A DNA stretch of 26,212 nucleotides from Candidatus Wolfebacteria bacterium GWA1_42_9 (GTDB lineage: Bacteria; Patescibacteriota; Minisyncoccia; UBA6257; JAGOQP01), in NCBI GenBank assembly GCA_001793775.1, contig MGIN01000027.1, forward strand, positions 9,855 to 36,066, read 5' to 3'. The position numbers were made by a program, and so were the translations under genes. Of this stretch, positions 1 to 7,891 are shown in pieces. The notes beneath the pieces were generated by a model. The model was not told where the DNA came from. It searched no databases and worked only from the letters and a program-made list of their open reading frames with translations. Each line of letters starts with the position of its first letter. Position 1 is the stretch's first letter.

Positions 1-861
1 CCTCCGGGAGCAGGTAAAACAATGCTCGCCCAATCATTGGTTTCCATTCTCCCCAATCTTTCTTTTGAAGAGGCGCTGGAGATTACTCAAATCTACAGCG
101 CCGCCGGACTGCTTTTGGAAAAACCGTTTGTCACTACCCGTCCTTTTCGTTCTCCTCACCACAATGCCTCTCTGGTATCGGTGGTGGGTGGGGGACAAGT
201 TCCCCGTCCGGGAGAAGTGAGTTTGGCTCATCGAGGGGTGCTTTTTCTGGACGAAATTTGTGAATTTCATCGGGACGTTTTGGAATCTTTGAGACAACCG
301 CTGGAAGATGGCCGAGTGACCATCGCCCGTTCGCGGGGAGTACTTACTCTTCCTTCCAAATTTATGCTGGTAGCGGCGGCCAACCCCTGTCCCTGCGGCT
401 ATGCCGGAGACGACAAAAAAGAATGCCGCTGCACTCCCTATGAAGTGGTTAAATATCAAAAAAAGATTTCCGGGCCTTTATTAGACAGAATTGATATTCA
501 TATTTGGGTAAATCGTTTAGAATCATCCGATTTTAAGAAAGAAGTTGATTTGGAAGAAACTCAAAAAGTAGGAGGGAAAATCAACCGGGCCCGGGAAATT
601 CAATACCAGAGAATAAAAAATTTAAAACTAAAAGCCTTTTCCAACGCCGAGCTTTCTTCCAGACAAATTGAGTCCTGTGCCAATTTAAACTTGGGGGCTA
701 AAAAACTTTTGGATTCAGTGATGGACAAATCCTACCTTTCGGCTAGGGGGTATTTTAGAATTCTTAAAGTTGCCCGGACAATCGCCGATATGGAAGAAAG
801 TGAAATTGTTACTCCTGAATTCTTGAGCGAGGCCTTCTCCTACCGCAGCCGGGTTAGTTGA
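1..861 (+). CDS. comM: ComM/YifB Mg-chelatase-like AAA+ ATPase, C-terminal part (5' truncated by the window)
   Basis: Frame is open from base 1, giving Walker A PPGAGKTM upstream of the called Met at 22. Also has PFRSPHH, GEVSLAHRGVLFLDE, LRQPLEDG, AANPCPCG, SGPLLDRID and LSARGY.RILKVARTIAD. Confidence 0.93.
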   Translation, partial: PPGAGKTMLAQSLVSILPNLSFEEALEITQIYSAAGLLLEKPFVTTRPFRSPHHNASLVSVVGGGQVPRPGEVSLAHRGVLFLDEICEFHRDVLESLRQPLEDGRVTIARSRGVLTLPSKFMLVAAANPCPCGYAGDDKKECRCTPYEVVKYQKKISGPLLDRIDIHIWVNRLESSDFKKEVDLEETQKVGGKINRAREIQYQRIKNLKLKAFSNAELSSRQIESCANLNLGAKKLLDSVMDKSYLSARGYFRILKVARTIADMEESEIVTPEFLSEAFSYRSRVS

Positions 862-968
862 TTTGATAACTGCAGCCTGGGACTGCAACCGATAGCTACT
901 GCTTGGCTTGGATGATTTTTGGTGTTTTGGGTTTGTGATTTTTAAGCTTTTGGATTATCGTATATCTC

Positions 969-2597
969 ATGATATCGGCCGTTTTTGTGTTTCTGGACAG
1001 ATTCTTGGGAAAGATAGAGAGTTTTAAATCCAACATTTTTTATTGGGTGTTTTTTTTCCTGGGAGTCGTTTTTTTTAGGTATCTTTTGGAGGGGCTGGCC
1101 GGACTCGGAGTGGGAAAAGGATTTCTTCCCTCATTTGCTTTTATCCATTATTTTCTCTGGTACGGCGTAGTTTTTTTGGTGGCGGCGTTTATTATTCATG
1201 TTTTCTCCCGAAAACCAATCTCTTTTATCCTTAGATTAATCGTTGTTTTCTCTCCTTTCATCCTTTTTCCGGTTATTTTTCCTTTTATTATCGGCGAACC
1301 AGTAAATCTTTCCGCTCATTATGTTTATCTTTCCGATCCCCTACTCTTGATAAAAACAATTGGCAATTTTTTTGTCGATCATGGCTTTAGTGTTTCTCTC
1401 CGTCTTCAGATAGCAACCTCGCTGCTGGCTTTGGGGGCGTTTGTCTATTGGATAACCAAGAAATGGACCCGCTCTTTGGCGGCCATGCTTATTTCCTACG
1501 TTCTTTTAATTCTTATCGGCAGCCTTCCCAGCTTTGTGATTTTCTTCCAGAACCCGGAAGGGTTTTATCCAACCCCTTTCTTTCTGGATCTTTTTTATAA
1601 TCATTCTCAGGAGATTTTAATAGGCCGGGGATATTTTACCCAGCTTTCAAACAACACTTTTAATTTCTGGTTTGACTCTGTCTTGTCGGCGATTTTATTT
1701 CCGTTAATGATTCTGACTGTTTTATTAGCCACCTTTGCCCATCGGAAGGATTTTTTGAAGACAATTGTAAAAAATTGCCGGCTACGTAAGGGATTTGATT
1801 TTGCCGTCTCGATTTTTCTGGGAATGGCGGCGGGATTTTTTTTCTTCGGCGGTATTCCTCCGTTAAATTTTCTCAACATTGTTGCCCTGATTAACGTTCT
1901 TCTTGTCGGATTTCTTTTTTACGGAGCGACCGCTTTTTATGACGACGTTTACGACTCAAAAATCGATGTCATTTCCCATCCTCAGAGACCGATAGTTGCC
2001 GGCGCAATCAACCAGGTTAATTCCCTGAAAATTTCCTTAGGATTGGCTATTCTGTCTTTGTTGGGGGCTTTAATTATAAGTTTGCATTTGTTTGTTTTTG
2101 TTCTGGCTTCTTTATTTTTGGTGTTTGTTTATTCTTCTCCCCCCTTGCGATTAAAAAGATTTTTTTTGATTAATACTTCTTTGGTGGCCCTGGCCTTTCT
2201 CTTTTTTGTCTTGGGTGGATTTTTTACTGCCTTTCCCCAAAAAACGCCTGCCGACTTCCCCGCTGCCTTTGCTTGGTTGTTTTTTTTGACGATGGTGATT
2301 CTCGTTTCTCTCAAAGACATTTCTGATTATGAAGGAGACAGGGCGGGAGGAATTAAAACCCTGCCAGTGGTTTTGGGACCCAAGACGGCCAAGATGATTC
2401 TCGGCGGTGTTTTGGGTTTGATAATAATTTTAATTCCCTTATTTTTAGTAGAAGGCTCTTATTTTTTGAATATCTGGGCTATCGTCTTTGGAGTGGCGCT
2501 ATTTTATCTGATTAACAGAAAGAATTTTTCTGAAAAAAACACCTATCTGACAACAGTGTTCTTTCTGATGATTGCCGCGGCATATTTAATTTATTAG
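969..2597 (+). CDS. UbiA-family prenyltransferase with an extra ~270-aa N-terminal polytopic membrane domain
   Basis: C-terminal half has DDVYDSKID-x3-HPQRP (Asp-rich motif 1), YSSPPLRLK and KDISDYEGDRAGGIKTLPV (Asp-rich motif 2). The whole protein is very hydrophobic. Confidence 0.85.
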   Translation: MISAVFVFLDRFLGKIESFKSNIFYWVFFFLGVVFFRYLLEGLAGLGVGKGFLPSFAFIHYFLWYGVVFLVAAFIIHVFSRKPISFILRLIVVFSPFILFPVIFPFIIGEPVNLSAHYVYLSDPLLLIKTIGNFFVDHGFSVSLRLQIATSLLALGAFVYWITKKWTRSLAAMLISYVLLILIGSLPSFVIFFQNPEGFYPTPFFLDLFYNHSQEILIGRGYFTQLSNNTFNFWFDSVLSAILFPLMILTVLLATFAHRKDFLKTIVKNCRLRKGFDFAVSIFLGMAAGFFFFGGIPPLNFLNIVALINVLLVGFLFYGATAFYDDVYDSKIDVISHPQRPIVAGAINQVNSLKISLGLAILSLLGALIISLHLFVFVLASLFLVFVYSSPPLRLKRFFLINTSLVALAFLFFVLGGFFTAFPQKTPADFPAAFAWLFFLTMVILVSLKDISDYEGDRAGGIKTLPVVLGPKTAKMILGGVLGLIIILIPLFLVEGSYFLNIWAIVFGVALFYLINRKNFSEKNTYLTTVFFLMIAAAYLIY

Positions 2598-2630
2598 CTT
2601 CTCGGTTGTATTTTGTATTAATCTCTGTTT

Positions 2631-2666
2631 TTGCTCATTTATCTGCTATAGCAGATAAATGAGCAA
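2631..2666. repeat. Perfect 36-bp palindrome with no spacer
   Basis: TTGCTCATTTATCTGCTA|TAGCAGATAAATGAGCAA; the two 18-nt arms are exact reverse complements. Confidence 0.95.
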
Positions 2667-2692
2667 TTAGTTAACTAGGAAATTTTCGTATT

Positions 2693-2727
2693 CATTAGTA
2701 TCATTGGTACCATTAGTATATTAGTAT
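2693..2727. repeat. Degenerate 9-nt tandem repeat just upstream of uvrD/pcrA
   Basis: CATTAGTAT CATTGGTAC CATTAGTAT ATTAGTAT. Confidence 0.75.
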
Positions 2728-2736
2728 CTTATATTC

Positions 2737-4527
2737 ATGTTCTCCGATTTAAACGAAAGACAAAAAGAGGCGGTTTTTTGGGGAAATGGCCCTCTTTTGA
2801 TTGTGGCTGGAGCTGGGTCGGGAAAAACCAAAACTCTTACTTCTCGCCTGGCGTTTTTGATATCGGAGAGAAAAGTGGATCCTCAAAGAATTATTGCCAT
2901 TACTTTTACTAACAAGGCGGCCGGTGAGATGAAAGAGAGGGTGGAGAAGATGACAAAAAACCCAAAAATCTCCCGGCAGCCATTTTTAGGGACATTCCAT
3001 TCTTTGGGAGCGAGGATTCTGAGAAAAGAAGCGGGATTATTTGGAAGAACTGCCGACTTTTCTATCTTTGACGGCGACGATTCTTTGCGACTGGTAAAAA
3101 AAATAGTTAAAAACGCCAACCTTTCCTCAAAAAAACTGTCCCCGGCCGCGTTTCTTAAAGAATTTTCCCGGGTTAAGAGCGAGTTGATTGAGATTGGTGA
3201 TTTTTTGAATGGAGGAGAAAAAGAACAGCTGGTTTGGGAATTTTTTGAGGATTACGAGACGGCTCTGGAAAGAAATAACGCCTTTGATTTTGATGATTTA
3301 ATTGAAAAAGTGGTCCGCCTTTTTAGAGAAGACAAAAAAGTCTGGGAAAGATATCGGAGCCAATACGATTATGTTTTGGTGGATGAGTATCAGGACATAA
3401 ACACCGCCCAATATTGGATGCTGCGCCTGCTGGTCGGGCCTCATAACAACATTAACGTTGTCGGAGACGACTCCCAATCGATTTACAGCTTCCGCTTTTC
3501 CGACTTCAGAAACTTTCTTAATTTTGAAAGAGATTGGCCCCAAGCCAAAACCGTATTTTTGGAGCAAAATTATCGTTCCACCCAAAACATCATTGAATCC
3601 TCTTCGGCAGTTATTGCCAGAAACACTCTGGGGAAATTAAAAAAGCTTTGGACGAATAATTCCCGGGGCACTTTAATTAAAGTTATCGAGCACAGCGATG
3701 AATTTGAGGAGGCAGATTTTATTGTTAACCGGGCTCGTGAATTTATTAACCAAAAAAAGAGTGTGGGAATTCTCTTTCGAACCAACGCCCAAAGTCGGGC
3801 GTTGGAACAGCTCTTTTTGGAATATGGGGTGAGTTACAATCTTTTCGGCGCTCTGTCTTTTTATGAAAGAAAAGAGATTAAAGACATCGTTGCCGCTCTG
3901 CGTTTTGCTTTCAATCCCAAAGACGAGATGAGCTGGGAGCGTCTGGAAAAAAGTTTTTCGAAAAAAACGGCAGTCGTTCTAAAAAACGGCTTGTTGGAAA
4001 AAAGAAAAAACTCTTCTCCTGCCGATTTGGTCGGTTATTTTCTGAAAACCACCGATTATTTCGAGGAAATCAAAAAAGAATACGTAAATTTTCAGGAAAG
4101 ACAGGAAAACATCCAGGAGTTAATTTACTTTGCCGGTCAATTTGAGAGCTTGGGAAATTTTTTAGAGAAAATTGCTCTGGCCAGCCCCCTGGACCTGACT
4201 CTGGGAAGGAGAAAGAAGAAAAAACTAAACCTGCAAGCGGCCAGTTTGATGACCATTCATCTGGCCAAGGGCCTGGAATTTGATGTGGTTTTGGTAGTGG
4301 GAGTCAATGAAGGAATCCTGCCTCATCAGCGGTCTTTGTTCTCCGGTGATGATTTGGAAGAGGAGAGGCGTCTAATGTATGTGGCGATGACTCGCGCCCG
4401 GGAAGAGCTTTTTTTAAATTTTTTCGACACTCCCTCCCGCTTTCTTTACGAAATTCCTCCTGAGAAAGTTGAGTTTCAGGTGGAAAAACCGCTAGACGAG
4501 GAAGAGAGATGGATAGAATACAACTAA
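2737..4527 (+). CDS. pcrA: UvrD/PcrA/Rep SF1A DNA helicase (compact, 596 aa)
   Basis: AGAGSGKT, ITFTNKAA, LVDEYQD, VGDDSQSIYSFR, QNYRS, TIHLAKGLEF and EERRLMYVAMTRA motifs. Confidence 0.93.
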   Translation: MFSDLNERQKEAVFWGNGPLLIVAGAGSGKTKTLTSRLAFLISERKVDPQRIIAITFTNKAAGEMKERVEKMTKNPKISRQPFLGTFHSLGARILRKEAGLFGRTADFSIFDGDDSLRLVKKIVKNANLSSKKLSPAAFLKEFSRVKSELIEIGDFLNGGEKEQLVWEFFEDYETALERNNAFDFDDLIEKVVRLFREDKKVWERYRSQYDYVLVDEYQDINTAQYWMLRLLVGPHNNINVVGDDSQSIYSFRFSDFRNFLNFERDWPQAKTVFLEQNYRSTQNIIESSSAVIARNTLGKLKKLWTNNSRGTLIKVIEHSDEFEEADFIVNRAREFINQKKSVGILFRTNAQSRALEQLFLEYGVSYNLFGALSFYERKEIKDIVAALRFAFNPKDEMSWERLEKSFSKKTAVVLKNGLLEKRKNSSPADLVGYFLKTTDYFEEIKKEYVNFQERQENIQELIYFAGQFESLGNFLEKIALASPLDLTLGRRKKKKLNLQAASLMTIHLAKGLEFDVVLVVGVNEGILPHQRSLFSGDDLEEERRLMYVAMTRAREELFLNFFDTPSRFLYEIPPEKVEFQVEKPLDEEERWIEYN

Positions 4528-4537
4528 GGTTGTCGGT

Positions 4538-4543
4538 TATAAT
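4538..4543 (+). promoter_or_regulatory. Candidate -10 box upstream of rsmA
   Basis: TATAAT in the short intergenic region; no clear -35. Confidence 0.4.
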
Positions 4544-4560
4544 TAAAATGTCATTTAAAA

Positions 4561-5424
4561 ATGGGACTAAGGTTGGGACAACATTTTTTAAAAAGCGGTG
4601 AAATTCTGAAAAGAATCATTTCCGCCCTAGATTTAAAAGGGAGGGATTTTGTTGTGGAAATCGGTCCGGGGCACGGAGAACTGACTCGATATTTGGTGGA
4701 ATCTGGTGCTACCGTTATTGCGATAGAAAAGGACAAAAGACTGGTGGAATATCTGAGTAAAAAATTCGAAGCCCGAAGCGCAGAATCCGAAACAATATCA
4801 AAATCTCGAACATTAAATTCAAAACTGAATGTAATCGAAGGTGATGCTCTTGAGGTTTTACCAAACCTAACTCACAACTCACAACTCACAACTCACGACT
4901 GGAAATTAGTTGGTAATATTCCTTACTACATCACCGGGCACCTTCTGAGAATTATCGGAGATTTAGAGCAGAAACCGTCTCTAACAATTCTGCTTATTCA
5001 AAAAGAGGTGGCTAAACGTATCTGCGCTAGACCGCTTGAAATGACCCGTTCGAAAAACTCAGGGTCATCCCGAGCGAGTCGAGGGATGAATTTGCTGGCG
5101 GCCAGCGTTCAGTTCTGGGCGGAGCCCGGGATCTTGTTTTACGTGAAAAAAGGAAATTTTAATCCGCCTCCTAAAATAGATTCCGCTGTAATAAAACTGG
5201 AGACCAAAGATATTGCTGGGTATAAAGTAGATACGAATAAATATTATTCATTTACAAAGAAATTATTTAAGCAGCCGAGAAAAACCATTTTAAACAATCT
5301 GCTGGCAGGAGGTTATGAAAAAGAGAAAATTATTGAAGTTCTTGGTGAAGTTGGAATAAATCCAACTAATCGGCCCCAAAATTTGTCTTTAGACGATATT
5401 ATCCACATCAGTTTACTACTATAG
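4561..5424 (+). CDS. rsmA: 16S rRNA adenine dimethyltransferase RsmA/KsgA, carrying in-frame repeat-derived insertions
   Basis: LGQHFL, VEIGPGHGELT, IEKD, GDAL, VGNIPYYIT, QKEVA, F.PPPKIDSA, F.QPRKTI.NNL and RPQNLS motifs. Confidence 0.95.
   Translation: MGLRLGQHFLKSGEILKRIISALDLKGRDFVVEIGPGHGELTRYLVESGATVIAIEKDKRLVEYLSKKFEARSAESETISKSRTLNSKLNVIEGDALEVLPNLTHNSQLTTHDWKLVGNIPYYITGHLLRIIGDLEQKPSLTILLIQKEVAKRICARPLEMTRSKNSGSSRASRGMNLLAASVQFWAEPGILFYVKKGNFNPPPKIDSAVIKLETKDIAGYKVDTNKYYSFTKKLFKQPRKTILNNLLAGGYEKEKIIEVLGEVGINPTNRPQNLSLDDIIHISLLL
4762..4826 (+). repeat. 7-nt-periodic element in frame in rsmA
   Basis: AAATTCG AAGCCCG AAGCGCA GAATCCG AAAC...; encodes FEARSAESETISKSRTLNSK between the IEKD and GDAL motifs. 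Confidence 0.65.
4869..4896 (+). repeat. Perfect heptamer tandem repeat (AACTCAC)x4 inside rsmA
   Basis: Four exact copies; encodes LTHNSQLTTH before the NIPY motif. Confidence 0.95.
5041..5088. repeat. Double-hairpin palindromic element in frame in rsmA
   Basis: ATGACCC(5041-47)/GGGTCAT(5062-68) and CATCCC(5066-71)/GGGATG(5083-88); encodes MTRSKNSGSSRASRGM. Confidence 0.75.
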
Positions 5425-5436
5425 AAGACAAAATAA

Positions 5437-5445
5437 TGATATAAT
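5437..5445 (+). promoter_or_regulatory. Extended -10 promoter at the start of the T4SS-like locus
   Basis: TGATATAAT (TGn-TATAAT), 43 nt before the ATG at 5489. Confidence 0.6.
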
Positions 5446-5488
5446 TTTCCCGGGAGAAGGCTAATACAAACGCCCGTTTTTCTGCAAT

Positions 5489-6331
5489 ATGACCAAGCTA
5501 AATTTTAAAAGCCCCATTTTTGCCTTTGGAATAATAGCCGTTATATTTGTTGGGTATTGGTTAATTTTTGGTGTGGGAAACGGTAGTGATTTTGGAAGCA
5601 GTCAGCCGCCAGCCGCCAACCGACAGGAAAATAATTTGTCTTTAGATAATTCACCCGGCTCTTTGCAGTGGGTGGAGAGTCCGGAGAGCGGTAAGTTGCC
5701 TTCGGAGAGCAGCTTAGTTGCTCCCAATTTGACCGATCTCATCTCTAAAAATATCGCCTCCGAGTTTGTTTCTAAAGTGGATTTTTCCAGGGCGTCCTCT
5801 TCTCCCCAGACTCTTTTAGACCAGATTCAGTCAATTGATTTGAAATCCGGCGATCTATCTGAAATTTTAGGGGTTAATCCTTTAGGGCTTGTTAAAGGAA
5901 TTTCCGATTCGGAAATAAAAATTTCTCAGGACAATTCTTTAGAGGCGACAAGAAAATACGGACAAGAATACGCCATTATTTTTTCTCAAGCGGGAGGGAC
6001 TATTGCCAGCGATCCGGACAAATTTGCAGATCTGCTTCTTGCCCCTGAAGATTCGAAAAATTCCCAACAATTATCCCAAATCTCTTTTGATTTGAATCAG
6101 GGGTTTGATAAAATGAAATTGTTGGAAACTCCTTCCGGTGTTGTTGATTTTCATAAAAAAGCCCTAGCGTTTCTCAAAAATTCCGCCATTGTCGTCGAGG
6201 CCGTCAAAGGAGGGGAACAAGACCCGCTCAGGGCTTACTTAGCCGTTCAGGAAGGGGTTCCTATTATCTCTTCCGATATTAATTATCTGGACGAGGCGTT
6301 TAAACAACTCTCTCTTAAATATAAATTCTAA
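5489..6331 (+). CDS. Hypothetical protein with a single N-terminal membrane anchor and a helical extracellular domain
   Basis: 280-aa ORF with hydrophobic segment IFAFGIIAVIFVGYWLIFGV; tightly packed with the downstream genes. Confidence 0.8.
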   Translation: MTKLNFKSPIFAFGIIAVIFVGYWLIFGVGNGSDFGSSQPPAANRQENNLSLDNSPGSLQWVESPESGKLPSESSLVAPNLTDLISKNIASEFVSKVDFSRASSSPQTLLDQIQSIDLKSGDLSEILGVNPLGLVKGISDSEIKISQDNSLEATRKYGQEYAIIFSQAGGTIASDPDKFADLLLAPEDSKNSQQLSQISFDLNQGFDKMKLLETPSGVVDFHKKALAFLKNSAIVVEAVKGGEQDPLRAYLAVQEGVPIISSDINYLDEAFKQLSLKYKF

Positions 6332-6334
6332 AAA

Positions 6335-7888
6335 ATGAACGGCCTTTTTAACAAAACCCTTTCTGTTTTTGTCTTAATAGCTTTTGTTTCTACGTTGACT
6401 TTCGGTTTTTTTCTCCAACCTAAGAAAGCGGAGGCGGGCTGGCCGACCACGGTCATCGCCGATATCCAGGGTGCTTTGAAGTGGACTTGGGAAAAAATAG
6501 AGACGGTATGGGATAAACTCGACAAAAAATATCGTGATATTATTGTCCGTATTATTATCGCCAAGATGCAGATGGATATTATCAGATCGATTGAGGGAGG
6601 AAATTTGTATGTTTCCGATTGGGGAGGTTTTCTTAAAGACACCGTTACCGAGCTGGTTTTCAATGAGTTTAACGAATATGTCCGCAAGGCGAGCGACGGC
6701 GAGGTGGATCTTTGTGTTCCTTACAGCGCCCAACTAATGGCTTTGTCGCTCGTTTCTTTGGGGCTGGCTTCCGGGGTCGGTCAACAATATTACGGGCTGC
6801 CTATCAGATGCACTTTTGATGAATTTAAGGCCAATCTTCAAAACACCTATGATTTTGTCCAGCGAGGCGGCTGGGCGGCTTATGACATCGCCTTTTCCCC
6901 GGGCGCCAATCCGTACTGGATGGCCTGGAGATTAGAGGATTCTATTGTAAGAAGAACAGCCGAGGAAAAAGAAAAGAAAAAAACAGAGGCCGAATCTTCG
7001 GGGGGCTATCTGGGGAACAAAACCTGTCTTGAATCGGAAGCAGGCACTCGCGAGGAGGTGGTAGCTATTTGTTCTGATCCGGATCTGCGTGACGAGGGTG
7101 AAACTCAACAGGAATGTGTAGACAGTATTATGGGGTCAAAATCGGGTAATAAATGTTTAAGAGAGGGTATAATTACTCCGGGAACGGCGGTGGCTGATTC
7201 GGTGATGTCGGCTATCGGAGGAGATTTTGATTATGCAGCCAATGTCCAGAGCGCCATTGCCGCCATTGTTAATGCTTTTGTAGGAAAAATTATAAGGAAG
7301 GGGTTGGCTTCCGGCGCCTCCCAATCCAGTGATTCCTATGGAATAGAGGAAGGAGACCTGACCGGCTCCGGATTCGAGGGATTTGAAGGAGAAAGACACG
7401 AACAGGACTTAAAAGACGCTCAAGAGAAATACGACGACACTCTCTATTATTTGAACAATGACCTGATCCCCGCCGTTCAACGGGTTCTGGCTCTGATTCA
7501 GCAGAAAAACCTTGAGAGTTGTGCCGCCACCCTTCCTTCGGCTGAAATAGACGAAGGTGGAGGGACCCAAAAAACCTATACAATTACCGACCTGATTGCC
7601 CTGGTTAGAGCTTTGGATGCGGTATCTGTTCAGGCTGGGCAGGAGGCAGAAACCAACAGAGCCGAGATAGATTCTTTATTAGCCGACACGGCGGCGACCG
7701 AAGAGCAAATCATAGACGCTTTAACTAGATACGATTCTTTTTACAAAACATACAAAGTCATAATGCAGGACGTTGAATCTGTCTCTGCCGGTCAGGACGG
7801 AAGTCTTTTAATTGTATTGGATAGTGTTTATAACGCTCTGTCAGCGGATGAAATATTCTGTCCGGCACTCCCTTCCACTTCTCCTTAA
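6335..7888 (+). CDS. Secreted Cys-containing hypothetical protein associated with the T4SS-like cluster
   Basis: Signal-peptide-like N-terminus ending PKKAEA; 8 Cys; GGW...NPY and IITPG segments; acidic C-terminal half. Confidence 0.8.
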   Translation: MNGLFNKTLSVFVLIAFVSTLTFGFFLQPKKAEAGWPTTVIADIQGALKWTWEKIETVWDKLDKKYRDIIVRIIIAKMQMDIIRSIEGGNLYVSDWGGFLKDTVTELVFNEFNEYVRKASDGEVDLCVPYSAQLMALSLVSLGLASGVGQQYYGLPIRCTFDEFKANLQNTYDFVQRGGWAAYDIAFSPGANPYWMAWRLEDSIVRRTAEEKEKKKTEAESSGGYLGNKTCLESEAGTREEVVAICSDPDLRDEGETQQECVDSIMGSKSGNKCLREGIITPGTAVADSVMSAIGGDFDYAANVQSAIAAIVNAFVGKIIRKGLASGASQSSDSYGIEEGDLTGSGFEGFEGERHEQDLKDAQEKYDDTLYYLNNDLIPAVQRVLALIQQKNLESCAATLPSAEIDEGGGTQKTYTITDLIALVRALDAVSVQAGQEAETNRAEIDSLLADTAATEEQIIDALTRYDSFYKTYKVIMQDVESVSAGQDGSLLIVLDSVYNALSADEIFCPALPSTSP

Positions 7889-7891
7889 TTT

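Noticed and set aside
862-968. Possible tRNA or ncRNA in the comM-ubiA gap (small TGCAG/CTGCA hairpin, G/T-rich tract)
   Set aside because: No cloverleaf or T-loop motif; the hairpin is too short to be significant.
4548-4601. Short upstream ORF (MSFKNGTKVGTTFFKKR*) overlapping the rsmA start
   Set aside because: Out of frame with rsmA, which has a satisfactory start at 4561; no evidence of function, though translational coupling cannot be excluded.
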